Shown here: piece after piece, positions 8,370 to 18,093 of the stretch | How positions within the stretch are numbered: the first letter of the stretch is position 1 | Layout of the letters: every line of letters starts with the position of its first letter | IMG/VR virus record: IMGVR_UViG_3300017914_002319 | Span: 1 to 46,277 of that record | Source of the DNA: a virus | Taxonomy: Duplodnaviria > Caudoviricetes | Strand: one strand, 5' to 3' | Length of the DNA: 46,277 nt | Made by a program: the position numbers and the translations under genes | Notes under the pieces: model-generated | Told to the model about the DNA's origin: nothing | What the model saw: the letters and a program-made list of their open reading frames with translations, nothing else | Databases searched by the model: none

Positions 8370-11300
8370 TTAACCTAATGCTGCAATTTCTCCTGTGTTC
8401 TTAATACGCAATGGTATGTAAATAAACTCAATAGCTTTGACTGGTTCAATAGCAATGTCTAAGTATAGTTCATTTCTATCAATCCTTGCTGGAGTATTAT
8501 TTGACTCATCACATACTGTTAGATAGTCATAAATTGCTCTTAGACCAACAAGTTCTAACAACAATGCATCCGCTGCTGCTTTAACCTGATCACGTGTGAT
8601 CTTATCGTTTGGTTCAAACAAGTATGGTCTTGCTAACAACTCTAATTGTCCACGTAAGTAAACAGTTAATCTAGCTACGTTGATTCTATCTAGCGCACTT
8701 GCATTTCTTGCACGAGTTTTCTGTCCAAACACAACTAGCCCAGCTCCATTAATAAATGTAATTGGATTGATGTTGTTTGAATATAGTGTATCGCGCTGTC
8801 CAGTATTAAGTGAAACAGTCTGGAATTCACCTTCGCTTGTAACATAACCTGTTGATGTTGCATTTGTAACACCGCCACGTCTTGTACCTGCTGGTGCAAA
8901 CCATGGATAAGCAACTTGGTCATTTAAGATCAATGTGCGTAGTGCCATGTGTGAAGCTGGAACAACAACATTGTTACCTAGGTTATCACTTGTAAATCCT
9001 GCTGGATAGTACATACCTAAATATTCATCACGGCTTACTGCACCGTTATCGTTGTCTTCAACTGCACCTGCAACGTTAGTTGCCCATTCATTTAATGAAG
9101 TTGCATCTGGTGTTAAACGGAATGGTGTATCACCTACAACAAATGCTGTTAAGCGTCTGTCATAGTTTAGACTGATCATTTCGCCGATTAGCTCAGGATA
9201 GCCTGGGCAAGCAATTAAGTTAAACGTACGACTTTCTTCGTCACGTATATCAGTATTGCTGTTTACCTCAGATTGTAGAGCTTGTACAACTGTTTTGCGT
9301 ACTGCATGACGACCAAATGTGCCTGATCCGTCTTCGTTATTGCCTGACGCTGTTACCCAACGGTGTGGATAGTAGTTTGCCATTGAATTGCCATCATCCG
9401 ACCCACGTTCGTTATCGTCTGTTTTGTCAATATAGTTGCGGCGGAATTCTTTTACATTAAATCCGCTTCTACGCATATTCCATAACAACATACCCTTTGG
9501 ATATAGTGCAGGATCTGGAGCATCTGGATCTAAGTAATCGCTTGTTAGCAAATCAACAATAGTTGCTTCTTTGCTGTTTGATCCTGCGTCACTCCAACGT
9601 GCATCTGCAAACAATACACCATTTTCTGTAGTTTGGTCAGTTGCATCTCGTTCTACCCAACTTTCTAGTGTTGAATTGTAAACATAGATGCCTGGATAAT
9701 TTTCGATATCACCAGTGTCAATCCAAATATCACCATCTACTAGTGCAGTACCATCTGATTGCTCATCTGGCTCAGTTGCACTAACAATAGGACCTTCTGG
9801 ATCGCAATCTGCATAATCTGAACTGTAGTTGTGGTATCCTACAAAGTCATTACCGTTGTGGATTAGAATGTCAACTTCGTCAACTACAGAACTATACCAA
9901 ATCTTTCCATCTTCTGTTAGACTTGATGGTGCATCGTCTGAAGCTGTGTAATCTAGTTCTTTCCAAAGACTTATTACATAATCATTTGCAGTGTCACCGT
10001 CCGGTGCATCATAGAAGTTAGCTGTGCCTTCTTCTGTTGTGTAGTTGTATGCATCAAAACCTGCAAGTGCAATTAATCCGTCTGCATCGTCAATGCGGAT
10101 TTCACCGCCTAATTTATGCTCAATTACAACTTTGTTTGTGCTATCTACATAAGCTACAATGTTTGTAAATCCAGTTGCATTTATTTCACTTGCTACTGTA
10201 TCTGCATCTGCACTTGCACCTACAGTAACTACTGTAACTGTTTTTGCTGTTGTAAGTGCATTACTGTTAGCCTTAGTTTCTTGCATATCAAATGTATATG
10301 TGCCTGCTGTTAGCTGTGTTGTAATTTTATCACTTTTTGCTGAAGTAGCACCTGTGCCATTACGTACATACAATTTGAAATCTGCAATTAGCGGATCTTC
10401 TTCTTCAACATTTGCCTTAACAAAAATATCGCCAGCTACTAATTTTGTGCCGCCTGTTTTGTCTAGGTCATAAATTGCACCTTCTGCTGTTGTATAAACA
10501 GGAGCATTTACAGACCCCCAAAGTTGAGTATCGCTGTTGTATTGCTTGACTGCAAAATCTGCTCCACCATTTGGTTTAGTTGTCTTAATCCAAATGCTGC
10601 CTGTTGGTGCAGGGCTTGTATCAGTATCTTTAAATGCAGGAACACTTGTGTGAGCTTGGATAACTAGTCTAGGAACACTATATGTTTTTTCAACAATACC
10701 TAGTACGCCGGCGTCTGATGGTGTACCGCTTGAACCTGTTAGTGTTCCGCTGCCACCTTGGATTTTAACAACACCTGTGCTAGAGCCGTCTGTTGCATCG
10801 CTAGTTCCATAAATTTCTAATGCACCATCTACGCTTGCTGCTGCTACGCCTGTGATGCCTGCATCATTAATTTCACCTGCTAAACTTGCTACAGTAGCGC
10901 CTGTTGCTACAACTGTAGTGCCGTTAATGATAATGCTATCACCTGGTGTAATTGTTGGGTTTGAATTAGAACCTCTTACTGCATACCAGCTCGCTTTCCA
11001 TGCATCTGAACCTACTTCTACCCAAGTTCCTGGTGAACCTGCAAGAGTGTTAGTTCCTGGTGTTTTGTACCATAGACGATTCATTGTTGTAGTTGCGTCA
11101 ACTGCATAATCGCCGATTTGGCCAATTGCAGTTTTTGGTGCATCTGTAACAGAATCAATGTCTGAAGTTTCTGTAATTACACGTCTAGTTTGTGCTGTAA
11201 ATGATTGTCCGCCTGTTGTTGAAATTGCTGCTGAATTCCATTCAAGAATACCGAAACTTGTAATTTGTGTGTCAAACCAGTATGCGCCATTTGCAGGAGC

Positions 11301-11684
11301 ACCGTTTGGAGCATCTGCTGAAGGATCTAATTCTGATAGATCAAGGTCTGCTCTAACTACGTATGCTTGGTTTGTTACGCCTAATACTGAGTATGCTGCT
11401 TGTAGTCCATATTCATTCTGTTCGCCGCCATGGATCATGTTTCCTGCGTTATCAGATTTAAATATTGGATCTCCAAATGTTTCTCCTAGCTCTCTCTGGC
11501 TAGTGATTAAGTATGCTTTACCAGCATTAGCTTTCGTTGTACCAGGTGCAATGCCCGATCCTGAACTACTTGTCTTATTGCTGGCAGAAGCAACAAAGAT
11601 TACAGGAACTGTGCCTGCTGCTGCTGGGGTGTAAAAGGATTCGTCAATTACATTTACCTCTACACCTGGTGATACTAATGCCAT
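8370..11684 (-). CDS. Contractile tail sheath protein (gp18-like), 1104 aa
   Basis: N-terminal MALVSPGVEVNVIDES; C-terminal YPWFAPAGTRRG, RDTLYSNNINPI, FGQKT, ALDRINVARL, LFEPND, IEPVKAIEFIYI. Confidence 0.97.
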   Translation of the reverse strand: MALVSPGVEVNVIDESFYTPAAAGTVPVIFVASASNKTSSSGSGIAPGTTKANAGKAYLITSQRELGETFGDPIFKSDNAGNMIHGGEQNEYGLQAAYSVLGVTNQAYVVRADLDLSELDPSADAPNGAPANGAYWFDTQITSFGILEWNSAAISTTGGQSFTAQTRRVITETSDIDSVTDAPKTAIGQIGDYAVDATTTMNRLWYKTPGTNTLAGSPGTWVEVGSDAWKASWYAVRGSNSNPTITPGDSIIINGTTVVATGATVASLAGEINDAGITGVAAASVDGALEIYGTSDATDGSSTGVVKIQGGSGTLTGSSGTPSDAGVLGIVEKTYSVPRLVIQAHTSVPAFKDTDTSPAPTGSIWIKTTKPNGGADFAVKQYNSDTQLWGSVNAPVYTTAEGAIYDLDKTGGTKLVAGDIFVKANVEEEDPLIADFKLYVRNGTGATSAKSDKITTQLTAGTYTFDMQETKANSNALTTAKTVTVVTVGASADADTVASEINATGFTNIVAYVDSTNKVVIEHKLGGEIRIDDADGLIALAGFDAYNYTTEEGTANFYDAPDGDTANDYVISLWKELDYTASDDAPSSLTEDGKIWYSSVVDEVDILIHNGNDFVGYHNYSSDYADCDPEGPIVSATEPDEQSDGTALVDGDIWIDTGDIENYPGIYVYNSTLESWVERDATDQTTENGVLFADARWSDAGSNSKEATIVDLLTSDYLDPDAPDPALYPKGMLLWNMRRSGFNVKEFRRNYIDKTDDNERGSDDGNSMANYYPHRWVTASGNNEDGSGTFGRHAVRKTVVQALQSEVNSNTDIRDEESRTFNLIACPGYPELIGEMISLNYDRRLTAFVVGDTPFRLTPDATSLNEWATNVAGAVEDNDNGAVSRDEYLGMYYPAGFTSDNLGNNVVVPASHMALRTLILNDQVAYPWFAPAGTRRGGVTNATSTGYVTSEGEFQTVSLNTGQRDTLYSNNINPITFINGAGLVVFGQKTRARNASALDRINVARLTVYLRGQLELLARPYLFEPNDKITRDQVKAAADALLLELVGLRAIYDYLTVCDESNNTPARIDRNELYLDIAIEPVKAIEFIYIPLRIKNTGEIAALG

Positions 11685-11795
11685 ATTATTTCTCCTATAG
11701 GATAGTGTTATCTGCTACTGTATTTAGCACTCTGAGAATAAAATTATGGGATAATACCCTTGAAAAAGGGACCGAAAAGGTGAGCTAAATACGAT

Positions 11796-12131
11796 ATGAG
11801 ACCTTTGTGCAAATGTGGACAACGTCCTGCTGCTATTAATTACAAGAAGAATGGCAAAACTTACTATAGAAAGTTATGCGAAACTTGTTTACGCAACGGT
11901 TTAGGACACGGCATACCAAAATGGAAACAAAGAGGATATGAAAAAAAGAATGTTTGTGAAAAGTGCGGACATAAGAGCAAGCATCTAGAACAGTTCAATG
12001 TATTTCATATTGACGGCGATTTGAATAATTGTCGTCCGACTAATCTAAAAACAGTTTGTGCAAATTGTCAAAGAATACTTCAAAAAGAAGGTGTGCGTTG
12101 GAAACAAGGTGATCTTAGGCCTGATTTTTAG
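11796..12131 (+). CDS. Small Zn-finger/HNH-like protein
   Basis: CKCG, CETC, CEKC and FHIDGDLNNCRPTNLKTVCANC (HNH-type beta-beta-alpha motif). Confidence 0.75.
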   Translation: MRPLCKCGQRPAAINYKKNGKTYYRKLCETCLRNGLGHGIPKWKQRGYEKKNVCEKCGHKSKHLEQFNVFHIDGDLNNCRPTNLKTVCANCQRILQKEGVRWKQGDLRPDF

Positions 12132-12132
12132 G

Positions 12133-12161
12133 TTGACAATATTAACTTGTATTGTTATAAT
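12133..12161 (+). promoter_or_regulatory. Consensus sigma70 (early-type) promoter with extended -10
   Basis: TTGACA (12133-12138), 17 nt, TATAAT (12156-12161) preceded by TGT; AAGGA SD before ATG 12185. Confidence 0.9.
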
Positions 12162-12184
12162 AAAGAAAAACTTAAGGACATCTA

Positions 12185-12457
12185 ATGGCTATTGATTACA
12201 AATACAACGAAGGCGAACTTATTAAAGAACTACAGGCGTATGTAGATGCAACCTATGGTGAGCATTACAGCCTAAACAAGTTCCAAGCAACAGAGTTTAT
12301 TATTGATGCAGGGCACGGTGATGGGTTTTGTATTGGCAACGTAATGAAATATGCACAGCGATATGGCAAGAAAGATGGCTACAATCGCAAGGATTTGCTT
12401 AAGGTGTTACATTATGCTTTGATTGAGTTGTATGTACACGATCGCGAAGGTCGTTAA
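12185..12457 (+). CDS. DUF3310 / T7 gp1.7-like (putative nucleotide kinase) protein
   Basis: EHYS...ATEFI...GFCIGNVMKYAQRYGKKDG...DLLKVLHYA signature. Confidence 0.8.
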   Translation: MAIDYKYNEGELIKELQAYVDATYGEHYSLNKFQATEFIIDAGHGDGFCIGNVMKYAQRYGKKDGYNRKDLLKVLHYALIELYVHDREGR

Positions 12458-13212
12458 CCTATTAGGAAACCATATCCTGTTCCGCCCGGAACGGCTGTAC
12501 TTACTTCAGCTTCTAACTTTTCCATTTCAGCTTGTGCTTCAGCTTTCAATGCATCACCATTAAGTGTGCTTCCGCCTTGCGGACCAGCAATAGTAGCAAA
12601 TTTAGAACGTGCTTCACCTAGAATATATTTGCAACTTGCTAGTGTATAATCTTTGATCCACTGCTTTGCTAGATAATCGTCTAGTAACTGTTCATCTGGA
12701 CGGTAATTATAACAATAAAGAAGCAAATCCTCTTCTGCTCTCGGACGTTGTAGTAGTGTTATTTTCTTTGTAGTACTATTCCATTTAAATTCAATAAATG
12801 AACCAAACATACGTCCTACTAATTCTTGGTGCTGTGCAAATAAATCGTATGTTGCTAGTCCACCTAGCTGAGAACTAGATAACAAATATGTATTTGTGTA
12901 TGCTAGGTTAAAGGGTTCAAATACAGTGCCGCCATCGCCGCCGCCTGTTCTTGAACCAACGCTACGTCTAAATATTTTCCTAACTTCAATAACTTCGTTA
13001 GGCAATGTGTAATCGTTTTGATCAATTACAGTAGTTAAAAACATATATGACTCTTCAACTGAATTATCACTTCTTTGTCTAAATCTAGTTAATGCTTTTG
13101 TAAGTGCTGTTTCGTAGTGGATAGGATCTAGTTCCACATCTACCATTCCACCGCCAAGAAATGCATTGACGTAATCAAATATTTCTTGTTTCTTTGTTGC
13201 TAAATCTGCCAT
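12454..13212 (-). CDS. Neck protein (gp13-like head-tail adaptor)
   Basis: LGGGMVDVEL, WIKDYTLA..K..LGEARSKF, GPQGGSTLNGDALKAEA: gp13-family pattern. Confidence 0.85.
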   Translation of the reverse strand: MADLATKKQEIFDYVNAFLGGGMVDVELDPIHYETALTKALTRFRQRSDNSVEESYMFLTTVIDQNDYTLPNEVIEVRKIFRRSVGSRTGGGDGGTVFEPFNLAYTNTYLLSSSQLGGLATYDLFAQHQELVGRMFGSFIEFKWNSTTKKITLLQRPRAEEDLLLYCYNYRPDEQLLDDYLAKQWIKDYTLASCKYILGEARSKFATIAGPQGGSTLNGDALKAEAQAEMEKLEAEVSTAVPGGTGYGFLIG

Positions 13213-13229
13213 ACAAGTTCTCCGTATTG

Positions 13230-13251
13230 TATTTATTCGTTACGATAAATA
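13230..13251. promoter_or_regulatory. Back-to-back divergent late promoters
   Basis: TATTTAT-TCGTTACG-ATAAATA: one ATAAATA on each strand, facing gp13 (-) and gp14 (+). Confidence 0.75.
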
Positions 13252-13256
13252 TGTAT

Positions 13257-14417
13257 ATGCCAAGACTATCATTATATAAACCAGAACGCGGCAATGACTA
13301 TCATTTCATAGACAAACAAGTCCTTGAAATGTTTACTGTTGGCGGAACTGATGTAAACATTCACAAATACCTAGGTGCTATAGATCCGTCAGATGACGAT
13401 AGAAGTTCTACCCAACCAGAATATGATTCAGTTGCTGAAACAAATATTCAGGATTTATTATTTTTGGAAAATAGAGATAGGAAGTATGACGCAGATGTTT
13501 ATACAACAAGAGGCATATATAATGTTCAAGATATAGATTTTGATTTAAGTGCATTTGGGTTATTTCTGAGTAATGATACATTGTTCTTAACTGTGCATAT
13601 TAATAGTATAGTTAAAACACTAGGACGTAAACCGATTTCAGGCGATGTTATTGAACTTCCTCATCTTAAAGACGAATACGCACTAAATGATTACAGTGTT
13701 GCACTAAAGAGATTTTATGTTATAGAAGATATAAATCGTGCAGCAGAAGGATTTTCTCATACTTGGTATCCGCATTTGTATAGGTTGAAATTAAAGCAAA
13801 TTTACGATGGTCAAGAATATGCAGAAATATTAGATTTACCTGCAGAAGAAGGTAGTGACGATACACTAAGAGATATCTTATCAACATATGAAAAAGAAAT
13901 GCAAATCAGTAATGCTGTTGTAGCCCAAGCAGAAATTGATTCTCCTAAGAGTGGATTTAACATAGATCACTATTACACAGTTGCTACAAATGACGACGGA
14001 ACAGTAGCATTAAAAACAGCAGACGAAACAGATATTGATGCAAGTAATATTAATATTAATGCAGACGAAGTATCTGATAGACCTGATAGAGCAGGCTACA
14101 CAGGATACCTTGTAGGTACAGGCAGTGATGCACCTAATGGAGCACCTTTTGGTTTTGGTATAGAATTTCCAAGAGATAAACAAGAAGGTGATTATTTTTT
14201 GAGGACAGATTTCTTGCCAAATCGAATGTTCAAATATGACGGTACACGTTGGGCAAAAGTCCAAGACGATATACGTATGGAGCTAAGTAATACATTAGAA
14301 CGTCAAACGTATAAGACACAATTTATTAACAACACTTCATCCTCGGATATCGGCGGTGAAACAGTTGAAGAAAGACAGAGCTTAACAAAGGCACTGAAGC
14401 CAAAGGCAGATAATTAA
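13257..14417 (+). CDS. Neck/head-closure protein (gp14-like), 386 aa
   Basis: DLLFLENRDRKY, LSAFGLFLSND, GRKPISGDVIELPHL, FYVIED; adjacent to gp13- and gp15-like genes. Start reset to MPRLSLY after TAAATA-TGTAT. Confidence 0.75.
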   Translation: MPRLSLYKPERGNDYHFIDKQVLEMFTVGGTDVNIHKYLGAIDPSDDDRSSTQPEYDSVAETNIQDLLFLENRDRKYDADVYTTRGIYNVQDIDFDLSAFGLFLSNDTLFLTVHINSIVKTLGRKPISGDVIELPHLKDEYALNDYSVALKRFYVIEDINRAAEGFSHTWYPHLYRLKLKQIYDGQEYAEILDLPAEEGSDDTLRDILSTYEKEMQISNAVVAQAEIDSPKSGFNIDHYYTVATNDDGTVALKTADETDIDASNININADEVSDRPDRAGYTGYLVGTGSDAPNGAPFGFGIEFPRDKQEGDYFLRTDFLPNRMFKYDGTRWAKVQDDIRMELSNTLERQTYKTQFINNTSSSDIGGETVEERQSLTKALKPKADN

Positions 14418-15829
14418 TGCTACATTTTTATGACGGACAGATTAGAAGATATACTACTCAAATGATGAGAATTTTGAGTAATTTTCCTGTCAAAGACGGT
14501 CGGGGTGAAGTTAAAGATGTTCCTGTTATGTATGGTGATCTTACAAGACAGGTTGCTAATATTATTAGAGAAAACAGCGAAAACAAATTACCTAGTGCTC
14601 CTAGAATAAGCGTATACATTACAGGATTAGAACTAGATAAATCCAGATTGTTAGATGCTACCTTTGTGAAAAAATCTAATATTAGAGAACGTGCATACAA
14701 CGAAGACACAGGCGAATACGAAAATTATCAAGGTAAGAATTATACTGTAGAACGTCTTATGCCAACGCCGTATCTAATGAGATTGAACGCAGATATTTGG
14801 GCTAGTAATACAGATCAAAAACTTCAAATATTAGAGCAAATACTAGTGTTATTTAATCCTAGTTTAGAAATGCAAAAAAGCGACAATTTTGTAGATTGGA
14901 CTGCTATTACTGTTGTAAATTTAGAAAACATTCAATGGAGCAATAGAAGCATTCCTGTTGGTGTTGACAGCGAAATAGACATTGCAACACTGACATTTAG
15001 TGTGCCAATTTACATAAGTCCACCTGTGAAAGTCAAGAAAATGGGTGTGGTTACAAATATCATTACAAGTATGTTTGATGAAAATAGAGGCACAATTGAA
15101 GAAGGTGTTAGTGTTCCTCAATTAAATGCATTTGATGATGTTGCCCAAGCAGGATCAACTACTAACGAATTTGGACAAAAAGCAAGCACTATATTGACAG
15201 GCGAAATGGCCAATGTTAATTATAATACATATGGCATTTACCTAGAAAATAATATAGCTCAATTGTACGCAAATGGTCGAATAGGCGGTACAACATGGGA
15301 AGAAATATTCGAAGCGTTGCCGGGACAATACGGTGCAGGTGTGAGTAGATTGTTCTTAACAAATACAGATACTGATATTACAGTTACAGGAACATTTGCA
15401 ATTAATCCATTGGATAGCGCACAAATACAAATTGATTTTGATGAAGATACATTTCCAAGTGACACAATAATAGAAGGTAGAACTAGTATAGATTATATTA
15501 TAAATCCTGCCACATTTAATCCTTTATCATTGCTTACATCAGGTCTTAGACTATTAATTCTAGAAGATATAGGATCAGAAGATGCTGAAGAATTTGCAGA
15601 AGCATGGCAAAATAATGATGGCACAGGACTTGTTGCTAGTGCAAATGATATAATTGAATGGGATGGCGATACTTGGAATATTGTATTTGATGCATCAGCT
15701 GCAACTTCTACTACATATACTACTAATCTTAACACTGGTGTGCAATATAGATATGACAATGGAGATTGGCTCAAGGCTGTCGATGGAGATTATCCAGTTG
15801 GCACATGGAGAATAGAACTTGCCGGCTAA
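14417..15829 (+). CDS. Tail sheath stabiliser/terminator (gp15-like) with C-terminal extension
   Basis: HFYDGQIRRY, VPVMYG, PRISVYITGLELD..R, MPTPY, QILEQILVLFNP, TLTF; TAATG overlap with the upstream gene. Confidence 0.85.
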   Translation: MLHFYDGQIRRYTTQMMRILSNFPVKDGRGEVKDVPVMYGDLTRQVANIIRENSENKLPSAPRISVYITGLELDKSRLLDATFVKKSNIRERAYNEDTGEYENYQGKNYTVERLMPTPYLMRLNADIWASNTDQKLQILEQILVLFNPSLEMQKSDNFVDWTAITVVNLENIQWSNRSIPVGVDSEIDIATLTFSVPIYISPPVKVKKMGVVTNIITSMFDENRGTIEEGVSVPQLNAFDDVAQAGSTTNEFGQKASTILTGEMANVNYNTYGIYLENNIAQLYANGRIGGTTWEEIFEALPGQYGAGVSRLFLTNTDTDITVTGTFAINPLDSAQIQIDFDEDTFPSDTIIEGRTSIDYIINPATFNPLSLLTSGLRLLILEDIGSEDAEEFAEAWQNNDGTGLVASANDIIEWDGDTWNIVFDASAATSTTYTTNLNTGVQYRYDNGDWLKAVDGDYPVGTWRIELAG

Positions 15830-15837
15830 TTATTAGT

Positions 15838-16272
15838 ATGGACAAGATTATTTGCAGCGGTGCTCTCTTTTATACAAAAACTACAAATCGTTTTCTTTTC
15901 TTACACAGAGTAGGAGGAAGAAAAAGTGAAATGTGGGGACTTGTAGGTGGTGGTAATGAAGAAGGCGAAACGCCTTGGGAAGGTTTGCAAAGAGAAATAA
16001 AGGAAGAAATTGGATTTCTTCCTGATATAAAAAAGACTCTTCCTCTTGAAAGTTTTATAAGTGCAGATACAAAATTTTACTTTCATACATACCTTTGTAT
16101 TGTTGAAGAAGAATTCATTCCTAAACTAAATGAAGAACACGACGGTTATGCATGGTGTAGTTTTACAAAATGGCCTAAACCTTTGCATCATGGATTGCGT
16201 AACACTCTCCAAAGCAAAATTAATCTTAATAAATTAGAAACAGTATTCAAAACTATTAATCTTCTTGACTAA
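15838..16272 (+). CDS. NUDIX hydrolase, 144 aa
   Basis: Nudix box GGGNEEGETPWEGLQREIKEEIG; LNEEHDGYAW. Start reset to MDKIICSG. Confidence 0.9.
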   Translation: MDKIICSGALFYTKTTNRFLFLHRVGGRKSEMWGLVGGGNEEGETPWEGLQREIKEEIGFLPDIKKTLPLESFISADTKFYFHTYLCIVEEEFIPKLNEEHDGYAWCSFTKWPKPLHHGLRNTLQSKINLNKLETVFKTINLLD

Positions 16273-16293
16273 TAAAGAAAGGTGTAGTATAAT
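16265..16293 (+). promoter_or_regulatory. Sigma70-type promoter of the heptose operon (probably leaderless)
   Basis: TTGACT (16265-16270), 17 nt, TATAAT (16288-16293), then only 5 nt to ATG 16299. Confidence 0.8.
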
Positions 16294-16298
16294 AAATC

Positions 16299-17552
16299 AT
16301 GATTAGAGTTTATGGCGATATTATGTTGGACAGATGGATCATCGGTGATGCAAACCGTGTAAGTCCAGAAGCACCTGTCCCAGTATTACAAGAAAAAGAA
16401 CAAAAATGGGCACCTGGTGGCGCAGGAAATCTTGCATTAAATATTGCAAGTTTGAACGGTGAAATTAATATATACGGATCAATTGCACCAGATCGAGAAG
16501 GGTATAGATTAATTGAATGCTTTAAAGAATATCAAAAGATAAATTTTTCTGCAACATTAGATAGTAAAATTACCACTACTAAAAATAGATTAGTTGGTCA
16601 AGGCGGTCAACATATTGTTAGATGGGATAGAGAAGAACCTTATACAGGCACAGAAGCATTTAACAGATTAGTTGCAGATATTACTACAAAAGATATTGTT
16701 TGTGTAAGCGACTATAATAAAGGCACTGTTTCAAAATTTACCGTACCAGACATTGCAAAAGTATGTAAAGTGCTAGTTGACCCAAAACAAGATCCTGAAT
16801 ACTATCAAAATGCATATCTTGTTAAACCTAATATGAAAGAATATACTCAATGGTTTGGCAAGTTTAAAAAAGAAACAGCATTACTAAAGATGAAAAAGTA
16901 TAACTGGACTTGGTTAGTAGTTACTGACGGTGCAAATGGCATGACAGTAATGAATACTGATGGTAGAATTGCAAAGTATAAAGAACCTGCAAAAGAAGTA
17001 TCAGATGTTACTGGTGCAGGAGATACTGTTCTTGCTGTTCTAGCATATTATATAGAAAAAGGTGTAGATGTATTCGAAGCTGCTAGTAAAGCGTGTTATG
17101 CTGCTGCAAGGAGTGTAGAACATAGAGGTGTTCATGTAATTACACATGAGGATTTAAACAAAGGCCTAGTGTTTACAAATGGTGTGTTTGATATCTTACA
17201 CAAAGGACATTTAGATCTACTAAGAGAGGCTCGTAGCTTAGGTAATAAGTTGATAGTAGGTGTTAACACAGATGCAAGTGTTCAACGACTAAAAGGTGAA
17301 TTACGTCCAATTAATGACGTACAGACACGCATGGCACAACTTGAATCTTTGCCTTGGGTTGACGAAGTATTAGCATTTGCTGAAGATACTCCTTATGAAT
17401 TAATTAAGAAAGTAAAGCCTGATTTAATTGTTAAAGGCGGAGATTATACTGTAGAAGAAGTTGTTGGTAATGATATAGCTGCTGTGCATATTGTACCTAC
17501 AGTAGAAGGATTTTCTACTACAAAAATTATAGGAGAAATTAATGGATCTTAA
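16299..17552 (+). CDS. hldE: Bifunctional heptose-7-phosphate kinase / heptose-1-phosphate adenylyltransferase
   Basis: GDIMLD, RVSPEAPVPV, GGAGN, SDYNKG, LVDPK, KPN, DVTGAGDT (PfkB kinase) fused to FTNGVFDILHKGH, VGVNTDASV.RLKG..RP, VKGGDY, GFSTT. Confidence 0.95.
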   Translation: MIRVYGDIMLDRWIIGDANRVSPEAPVPVLQEKEQKWAPGGAGNLALNIASLNGEINIYGSIAPDREGYRLIECFKEYQKINFSATLDSKITTTKNRLVGQGGQHIVRWDREEPYTGTEAFNRLVADITTKDIVCVSDYNKGTVSKFTVPDIAKVCKVLVDPKQDPEYYQNAYLVKPNMKEYTQWFGKFKKETALLKMKKYNWTWLVVTDGANGMTVMNTDGRIAKYKEPAKEVSDVTGAGDTVLAVLAYYIEKGVDVFEAASKACYAAARSVEHRGVHVITHEDLNKGLVFTNGVFDILHKGHLDLLREARSLGNKLIVGVNTDASVQRLKGELRPINDVQTRMAQLESLPWVDEVLAFAEDTPYELIKKVKPDLIVKGGDYTVEEVVGNDIAAVHIVPTVEGFSTTKIIGEINGS

Positions 17553-18093
17553 TGTTATGGTAATTGATAATTTTTTAGACGATCCTGATTCTATAAGAAA
17601 GTATGCGTTACAGTGTAATTTTGATATTAGAGGAAGATTTCCAGGTGTAAGAGCAAAATGGGAAAATTCTAAATACTCTGAAGAATTAGATTATAAGCTA
17701 AATGAAATAATTGGTGCACCTGTTACCCACCAAGGATCTAGCACAGAATTTCAAATATGCACAGAATACGAAGATGACAATTGGATACATCATGATACAA
17801 AGATGTTAGCAGGAGTTCTTTATTTGACTCCTAATGCTCCTTTAGAATATGGCACAAGTTTGTTTAGACACAAAGAAACAGGTGCAATGTCACATAGTGA
17901 TTATGTTGAAGAAAATGGTCTTCACAGAAAAGCAGAACAATGGGAAGAAACTGTAAATGTAGGTAATGTTTACAACAGACTTATCTTATATAATGGCTTC
18001 CTTTACCACAGAAGTAATAATATAGGGTTTGGTAATAAATTAGAAAACTCTAGACTTACACAAGTATTTTTTATGGATTTAGAAACAGAATGA
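17542..18093 (+). CDS. 2OG-Fe(II) oxygenase (DUF6445-like)
   Basis: VIDNF, WIHHD, GVLYLTP, GTSLF, YNRLILY..FLYHRS, RLTQVFF (HxD...H...R). Confidence 0.8.
   Translation: MDLNVMVIDNFLDDPDSIRKYALQCNFDIRGRFPGVRAKWENSKYSEELDYKLNEIIGAPVTHQGSSTEFQICTEYEDDNWIHHDTKMLAGVLYLTPNAPLEYGTSLFRHKETGAMSHSDYVEENGLHRKAEQWEETVNVGNVYNRLILYNGFLYHRSNNIGFGNKLENSRLTQVFFMDLETE

Noticed and set aside
11796-12131. Intron-associated homing endonuclease
   Set aside because: Free-standing and very short, with no interrupted host gene; terminase and sheath show no intron or intein.
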